Shown here: one piece after another, positions 34,794 to 40,070 of the stretch | How positions within the stretch are numbered: the first letter of the stretch is position 1 | How the letters are laid out: each line of letters opens with the position of its first letter | Source: a virus | Lineage: Duplodnaviria > Caudoviricetes | Length of the DNA: 40,070 nucleotides | Strand: one strand, 5' to 3' | Virus record (IMG/VR): IMGVR_UViG_3300033109_000116 | Coordinates: 1 to 40,070 of that record | Translations under genes and position numbers: made by a program | The notes under the pieces: model-generated | Database searches by the model: none | Told to the model about the DNA's origin: nothing | Seen by the model: the letters and a program-made list of their open reading frames with translations, nothing else

Positions 34794-36325
34794 CTTTGGG
34801 CATCTCGCTCGCCCTCACGCTGGGGGCGGGGCTCTACGCCGACTCGGGGCCAACCGTCCTCAAGCGGCGGTTCGAGACCGCGTGGGGCAAGACGGAAGTA
34901 TTCGTGGCCAATGCCACACCGTGGGAACTGGCTCGGGAGCGGGCGTGGCAGCACACGGAAAGCTGGTCGATCCGATTTGCACAGAATCTCCAGTCGCCCT
35001 ACGGACTGCGGCTCGAGGGTGGAAGCCGGTATCCCTACGGTGACATGCGCCAGCACCGCCGGAGCATTTTGGCGGACTGGGGCGACGTGCATCAGACCAA
35101 GGCTCGCCACGTGATTCCGTACACCGATCTCGGCACCTGCCGAAAATCGATGCGGACCGCGTACTGGCTCACCCAGCAGGTCGCGGCCAGACAGGTGGTC
35201 GGCTACGACGTGACCAATGTCGATCCGGTTGCCAAGCGGCTGACGGCATCCTGGTCGATCCTCGACGACGCCCGTCTGCAGGCGGTGGTGAACAGCCCGG
35301 AACTCGTTTGGCACGAGCAGCGGATTCGAATCGTTGATGCGACCCTTTCCTGCGACGAGGAGAGCCCGGTCTGGATTGCGCGGGTCGAGATCGCGGCCAT
35401 CACCGACTTTGCCGCCATCGGCATTGGCGACACGATCACCCTTGTCCTGGGTCTGGAAACCTTCGTGCTGGTGGTCGATGGCAAGACGCTGTCGCGCACC
35501 TCGGTCGCCGAACAACGGATGGAACTGACGGCAGTCTCGCCCGTGGCGCTACTCGACGCACCCTTCGCCGGCACGATCCGCTACTACGAGGCTGGTGCGG
35601 CTTCCGCGCGTGCGGCCGTGGAGTTCCTGATCGGATCGGTCGACTGGAGTCTTCCCGACTGGATTATTCCAGCAGGCCGGCTGATGCTGGAAGGGGCGAC
35701 GCCGCTGGCGGCCGCCCGCAACATCGTCGCGGCCATCGGCGGCATCGTCGAGAGCAACCCGGACGGCTCGGTGGTTTGTCGCCGCCGGCACCCGGTCAGC
35801 ATCCCGCAGTACGGGCAAGCCGTCGTCGCGTACAGCCTGTTCGACGCGGACGTAATGTCGGCACAGGCGCAGATCGCCCCGATGCGCGGCTACAACCGGG
35901 TGACTATCGCTAACGAGGAAGGCGGTGCGGGTACGTCCGCCGACCGCATCGAATACGTGGCCGATGCCGATGACGCCTATCGGGGCACGGTGCGCGCCTA
36001 TCTAGCCAGCACGCGTGCGGTGGTGCTGGCCCATACCGGGCATCCGTCCACGGTCATCGCGAGCCTTGGCGCGGTCACCCGCACCGAGACTGAGACCGTC
36101 GAGTTCATTGAGGGGCAGGCGAGCACCAGATACCCGGTGACCGCCATCGTGAATGTCGCCTGGCAGCACACCGGGCTGGGCGACGTGACCGCCGCAGGCC
36201 AGAGTCTGACGACGGCCACAAGCGGATATAGCCTGCTTCGAATCACCTACACCACCACGTCGCTTGACTGGCGCGTCGCACTTCCCATCGACGAGGAAGT
36301 GCAGTTCGTGCTGGTCGATGCCTGA
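34790..36325 (+). CDS. Tail hub/Tal-like protein with N-terminal aromatic repeats
   Basis: TPLAAARNIVAAIGGIVESNPDGSVVCR, GYNRVTI; periodic W/Y in N-terminus. Confidence 0.6.
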   Translation: MTLGISLALTLGAGLYADSGPTVLKRRFETAWGKTEVFVANATPWELARERAWQHTESWSIRFAQNLQSPYGLRLEGGSRYPYGDMRQHRRSILADWGDVHQTKARHVIPYTDLGTCRKSMRTAYWLTQQVAARQVVGYDVTNVDPVAKRLTASWSILDDARLQAVVNSPELVWHEQRIRIVDATLSCDEESPVWIARVEIAAITDFAAIGIGDTITLVLGLETFVLVVDGKTLSRTSVAEQRMELTAVSPVALLDAPFAGTIRYYEAGAASARAAVEFLIGSVDWSLPDWIIPAGRLMLEGATPLAAARNIVAAIGGIVESNPDGSVVCRRRHPVSIPQYGQAVVAYSLFDADVMSAQAQIAPMRGYNRVTIANEEGGAGTSADRIEYVADADDAYRGTVRAYLASTRAVVLAHTGHPSTVIASLGAVTRTETETVEFIEGQASTRYPVTAIVNVAWQHTGLGDVTAAGQSLTTATSGYSLLRITYTTTSLDWRVALPIDEEVQFVLVDA

Positions 36326-36334
36326 GGACACATC

Positions 36335-36841
36335 ATGGCCAATGCCACCATTCGCGTTCAATTCGGCAACCCGGACGGTTCGGGTTCGGACGGTCACTTG
36401 TCGGCTGAGGTCGACACCCGGCCTGATGGCCTGAACGGCGGCCGCAGTTCGTTCAGCCCGGGCGAAACCGCCTACATCCTCGTCTACAAGTCCGACAACG
36501 TCAGCATCACCGACACCATCTGCTCGGCAGGATCGCTCTCGGCGCAAGGCAGCGCTGTGGTGACGGTGACCGAGGAACTGATGTTCGAGGATGCCGATAC
36601 GGCGACGCTGGGCAAGCCGGCGCGCTCCAGTCTCTCGCAGTCGGTCTGGTACGGGCGCAGTCTCGGCGGGCTCACGCTGCAGTCCGACAAGGTCACGGTG
36701 AAGGCGCAAGCCAAGGGCGTGGCGGTGGCAAAGGTAACCTATGACGCGCTGGCACTGGTCTATGCCCTGTCGTCGCCATCCACGCTCAACGGCGAGACGG
36801 ACTTTTCCATCTTGGCCCTCATCAAGGGGACAGCATCGTGA
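36335..36841 (+). CDS. Hypothetical tail protein
   Basis: GAGGA RBS; beta-rich; overlaps next gene. Confidence 0.7.
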   Translation: MANATIRVQFGNPDGSGSDGHLSAEVDTRPDGLNGGRSSFSPGETAYILVYKSDNVSITDTICSAGSLSAQGSAVVTVTEELMFEDADTATLGKPARSSLSQSVWYGRSLGGLTLQSDKVTVKAQAKGVAVAKVTYDALALVYALSSPSTLNGETDFSILALIKGTAS

Positions 36842-37134
36842 TCATCGAGGTCTACCGGGGCGACGGTGCGCGCGAGGGCTCGCCCATCGTCGAGCCGCTG
36901 CTTGCCGACGACGCGCTGATCCATCGCGGCGTGGCCGAGATGGACGCTAATGCGCACGCCTTCAACCGCATTGAGATGGCGGTGGTTTTTCGGCCAGGGA
37001 TTCGCCTCGGGCAGATCGTCGAGGCGACCGACCCGTCCACGGCGAGCCCGTATCGCGCCAAGGTGACCGGCATCCAGATTACGGTGTCGGAGGCGGCCAT
37101 CGAAACTCAACTCACCCTGGAGCAGCCGCGATGA
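36838..37134 (+). CDS. Hypothetical tail protein
   Basis: GTGA overlap; RPGIRLGQIV...KVTGIQITV. Confidence 0.7.
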   Translation: MIIEVYRGDGAREGSPIVEPLLADDALIHRGVAEMDANAHAFNRIEMAVVFRPGIRLGQIVEATDPSTASPYRAKVTGIQITVSEAAIETQLTLEQPR

Positions 37135-37349
37135 GCTTCGCGCTGAAAGAACTATCCCGTCTGCTGGCCACGGATACGCCGGTGGTCGGCGCAGTGGTTG
37201 GCATTGATGGGGCGGTCGTGCGCGTGGCAACCGAGCGGGGTGCCGTCACCGCCCGGACGCTCGATGTTGTGACCGTTGGCGACCGCGTGCAAATCAAGAA
37301 TGGCATTGCCAGCAAAGCACCGGTGGCCAAGCAGGTGTTTCCCGTCTGA
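37131..37349 (+). CDS. Small OB-fold-like tail protein
   Basis: ATGA overlap; GAVVGIDG..VRV...VGDRVQI. Confidence 0.65.
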   Translation: MSFALKELSRLLATDTPVVGAVVGIDGAVVRVATERGAVTARTLDVVTVGDRVQIKNGIASKAPVAKQVFPV

Positions 37350-37369
37350 CGACAATTGGAGGAATCGAA

Positions 37370-37603
37370 GTGAAGCAAGCGACAACATTTCTGGAGCGGG
37401 TCAGGCCCGCCATCGACGCCCTGCCCGATGGGGCCGACAAGGACACGCTGCTGGCCCTGGCCGAGGCACAGGACACCATTGAGCGCGGTGATGCGCATCC
37501 GAAGCAGCGAGCGCAGGCCATGCGCCGGCTGGTGGGCGGTGCTGCCGCTGTGGCCAGCAGTAAGGCCGGGCGTCCGGCCCAAGGGCGCGGCAAGAAACCG
37601 TAG
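37370..37603 (+). CDS. Small hypothetical protein with basic C-terminus
   Basis: GGAGG RBS, GTG start, hairpin downstream. Confidence 0.6.
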   Translation: MKQATTFLERVRPAIDALPDGADKDTLLALAEAQDTIERGDAHPKQRAQAMRRLVGGAAAVASSKAGRPAQGRGKKP

Positions 37604-37632
37604 CACCAAGGCAACCCCAATTCACACCCGCG

Positions 37633-37655
37633 AACCCGCCCACGAGGCGGGTTTT
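37633..37655 (+). terminator. Terminator-like hairpin before the lysis cassette
   Basis: AACCCGCC-CACGA-GGCGGGTT-TT. Confidence 0.65.
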
Positions 37656-37676
37656 GCATTTCTGGAGGACGAGATC

Positions 37677-37970
37677 ATGGATTCCACCCAAATGGAGCGC
37701 CGGAAGATGGTGACCATTCCACAAGAAGAATTCGAGGCGATGCTGGAGCGTGCCGCCGAACGCGGAGCCCGGCATGCACTGCATGAGGTCGGACTTGATG
37801 GTGAGGATGCGGCCCACGACATCCGCGAACTACGCAATCTGCTCGACGCATTCACCGAGGCCAAGAAAACCGCAGGCCTGACCATCGTAAAGATGTTGGT
37901 CACCGGTTTGGTGATGGCACTGCTGGCCGGCGCGTTCCTGAAACTCAAGCTGTTCGGAGGTGGGCAATGA
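37677..37970 (+). CDS. DUF6127-like single-TM membrane protein
   Basis: AAERGARHALHEVGL...DIRELRNLLDA; C-terminal TM segment. Confidence 0.7.
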   Translation: MDSTQMERRKMVTIPQEEFEAMLERAAERGARHALHEVGLDGEDAAHDIRELRNLLDAFTEAKKTAGLTIVKMLVTGLVMALLAGAFLKLKLFGGGQ

Positions 37971-38443
37971 TTGAGACCCTACTTGGCGGCCTCCTCGGTG
38001 GGGCCTTCCGTCTTGCCCCGGAAATTCTGAAGTGGATGGATCGCAATGGCGAGCGTGGCCACGAGCTTGCGATGCAGGACAAGGCGCTGGAGTTCGAGAA
38101 GCTTCGCGGGGCGCAGCGAATGTCGGAAATTGGGGCCGCTGCCGATGCGGCATGGAATACCGGGGCTATCGAAGCACTGAAGGAGGCGGTCGCTGCCCAA
38201 GGCCAGCGTTCCGGCGTGCGCTGGGCTGATGCCTTGTCGGTCAGCGTGCGGCCAGTGATTACCTACTGGTTCATGTTGCTCTACTGCGCGGCGAAAACGG
38301 CAGCGTTTGTGGCTGCCATTACTGCCGGCGCTGAGTGGGGCACGGCGATCCTGCACGCCTGGACAGATGCCGACCAGGCGCTGTGGGCCGGGGTGCTGAA
38401 TTTCTGGTTCCTGGGGCGTGTGTTTGACCGGGTGCGGCCGTGA
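37967..38443 (+). CDS. Putative holin (GTA 3TM-holin-like)
   Basis: Hydrophobic N-terminus, VRPVITYWF, FWFLGR; adjacent to lysozyme. Confidence 0.65.
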   Translation: MIETLLGGLLGGAFRLAPEILKWMDRNGERGHELAMQDKALEFEKLRGAQRMSEIGAAADAAWNTGAIEALKEAVAAQGQRSGVRWADALSVSVRPVITYWFMLLYCAAKTAAFVAAITAGAEWGTAILHAWTDADQALWAGVLNFWFLGRVFDRVRP

Positions 38444-38904
38444 TCGAGGTTCCGAAGGCTGCCATCGATCTGGCGAAGCGCTTCGAAGGGTTCGAGCGCA
38501 AGGTGAAGCGTGGGGTTGAGATCACCGCCGTTCCCTACGTCTGCCCTGCAGGGTTCTGGACGATTGGCTACGGGCATCTGTGTGATCCAAAGCACCCGCC
38601 GATCACCGAGGCTGAGGCCGAGGTCTATCTGGCGCGCGATCTGCAAACAGCGCTGGCAGCGACCCTGCGCTACTGCCCGGTGCTGGCTACCGAATCTGAG
38701 GGGCGGCTCGCAGCCATCGTAGATTTCACGTTCAACCTCGGCGCAGGGCGTTTGCAGACCTCGACGCTGCGGCGACGGATCAATCAGCGGGATTGGTCAC
38801 AAGCTGCAGATGAGCTGCGGAGGTGGATTTATGGTGGTGGGCGGCCATTACCTGGCCTGATCAGCCGGCGAAATCACGAAGCAGCCCTGCTGTTGCTGTC
38901 TTGA
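38440..38904 (+). CDS. Endolysin, GH24 lysozyme
   Basis: FEG...YVCPAGFWTIGYGH, FTFNLG, STL, LPGLISRRNHE. Confidence 0.93.
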   Translation: MIEVPKAAIDLAKRFEGFERKVKRGVEITAVPYVCPAGFWTIGYGHLCDPKHPPITEAEAEVYLARDLQTALAATLRYCPVLATESEGRLAAIVDFTFNLGAGRLQTSTLRRRINQRDWSQAADELRRWIYGGGRPLPGLISRRNHEAALLLLS

Positions 38905-38937
38905 CGGTTATGTATCCGGTGCATGGTATTTAATATA

Positions 38938-38956
38938 AAATGCGTATAGTGCATTT
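38938..38956. promoter_or_regulatory. Palindromic operator candidate in an AT-rich leader
   Basis: AAATGC-GTATAGT-GCATTT just upstream of the HTH gene RBS. Confidence 0.45.
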
Positions 38957-38972
38957 CTATGGAGTTCTGCGC

Positions 38973-39272
38973 GTGGCGATCACCAGCATTTCGCAGCTCA
39001 TCAAAACTGCCCGCGATGGACGCAGCCAGGCTGATTTCGCCCAGGAGCTGGGGGTTTCGCAGTCAATGCTTTGCCGGTACGAAAAAGGTGGCGCAAATCC
39101 CAAGGCAGAAGTAATCGAGCACTGTATGCGTCTCGTGCATTGGGGCGATCAGGAACGGGAACCATCGACTGACGAGCTGGCAAACAAAGTGCGCACCCAA
39201 CTTGGACGAGCCGATCAGGCACCTTTGAGGGTGGCATTGTCCAAGCTGATAGATGGGTTGGCTGCCGGATAG
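38973..39272 (+). CDS. XRE-family HTH regulator
   Basis: SQADFAQELGVSQSMLCRYEKG; GTG after GGAG (alternative start 38940). Confidence 0.8.
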   Translation: MAITSISQLIKTARDGRSQADFAQELGVSQSMLCRYEKGGANPKAEVIEHCMRLVHWGDQEREPSTDELANKVRTQLGRADQAPLRVALSKLIDGLAAG

Positions 39273-39320
39273 ACGTGGCTCGCGATATGAGCCATAACAA
39301 CAACTAGGATGGAGGGTGAA

Positions 39321-40070
39321 ATGACGACCCAATCACGCATCGAATGGACGGAACAGACTTGGAACCCGACAACGGGGTGCACCAAGATATCCCCTGGCTG
39401 TAAGCATTGCTATGCAGAGGTGATGGCCGGACGGCTTCATGCCATGGGTGCTCCGGGCTATCAGAACGGCTTCAAGCTGGCGATACTGCCTGAACGACTT
39501 GTGCAGCCACTGCAGCGCAAGAAGCCGACGGTTTACTTCGTCAATTCGATGAGCGACCTCTTTCATGAGGACATCCCGGATCAGTTTCTCGACCAGGTGT
39601 TCTCTGTGATCCGGCAGACGCCGCAGCATACCTATCAAATCCTGACCAAGCGCGCCGAGCGCTTGCCGGTTTATTTCAAGAATCGCGGTTGCCCGAGAAA
39701 TGTGTGGCTCGGCGTATCGGTTGAGGATCGCCAATACGGCGTTCCGCGCATTGATTACTTGCGCCAGGTGGATGCCCATATCCGGTTCTTGTCAGTCGAA
39801 CCGTTGCTGGAGGACGTTGGCGAGATGGATCTCACCGGCATTCACTGGGTGATTGTTGGCGGCGAGTCTGGGCCAAAAGCACGGCCCATGAAGCCGGAGT
39901 GGGTAGAAAACGTGAAGCATCAGGCCGATGAGGCTGGTGCCGCTTTCTTCTTCAAGCAATGGGGCGGTTGGGGTGCCGACGGCGTGAAGCGCCATAAGAA
40001 GGCCAACGGACGCATCTTCCGTGGGCGGACATGGGACGGCTACCCTCAGGCGGCGCAGATCGCGTTATAG
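39321..40070 (+). CDS. DUF5131 (phage Gp37/Gp68) radical-SAM-like protein
   Basis: IEWT..TWNPTTGCTKISPGCKHCYA, FVNSMSDLFH, ILTKR, WVIVGGESG, FFKQWGG; alternative start 39309. Confidence 0.9.
   Translation: MTTQSRIEWTEQTWNPTTGCTKISPGCKHCYAEVMAGRLHAMGAPGYQNGFKLAILPERLVQPLQRKKPTVYFVNSMSDLFHEDIPDQFLDQVFSVIRQTPQHTYQILTKRAERLPVYFKNRGCPRNVWLGVSVEDRQYGVPRIDYLRQVDAHIRFLSVEPLLEDVGEMDLTGIHWVIVGGESGPKARPMKPEWVENVKHQADEAGAAFFFKQWGGWGADGVKRHKKANGRIFRGRTWDGYPQAAQIAL

Larger units (their letters stand above)
1..40070. mobile_element. Lambda-like temperate prophage (siphovirus type); boundaries not visible
   Basis: Contiguous recombinase, replication, cos, terminase, portal, protease, capsid, tail, tape-measure and lysis genes; no host housekeeping genes. 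Confidence 0.95.

Noticed and set aside
1-40070. attL/attR, tRNA or rRNA genes
   Set aside because: None recognised; serine-recombinase att cores are too short to call without an empty-site comparison

Overview
The window is almost entirely one GC-rich, lambda-like (cos/gpA-terminase, long non-contractile tail) temperate prophage of a type I associate with Betaproteobacteria (host inferred). Left to right: a three-gene large-serine-recombinase operon (1-2368); an early/replication operon (HTH, Bro-N, AAA_24/Sak4-like ATPase, SSB-like, Cas4-like nuclease, P4/D5-type primase-helicase, RuvC-like, putative late regulator; 2550-10909); a lambda-like cos site (~11067-11187); two ParB-N DNA methyltransferases; a minus-strand four-gene cassette with a duplicated upstream motif; terminase, three fibre-like genes, head and tail genes with a -1 frameshift site; an atypical tail-tip region; a lysis cassette with no visible spanin; and an XRE-HTH + DUF5131 moron. 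No att sites, CI repressor, tRNA, rRNA or CRISPR array were found, and the element probably continues beyond the window. The best candidates for undescribed biology are the cos-proximal block (ParB-MTase pair plus counter-oriented cassette), the recombinase lacking Zn-ribbon cysteines and a long coiled coil with two coupled partners, and the fibre trio inside the head module. Family names come from motif recognition, not database searches.
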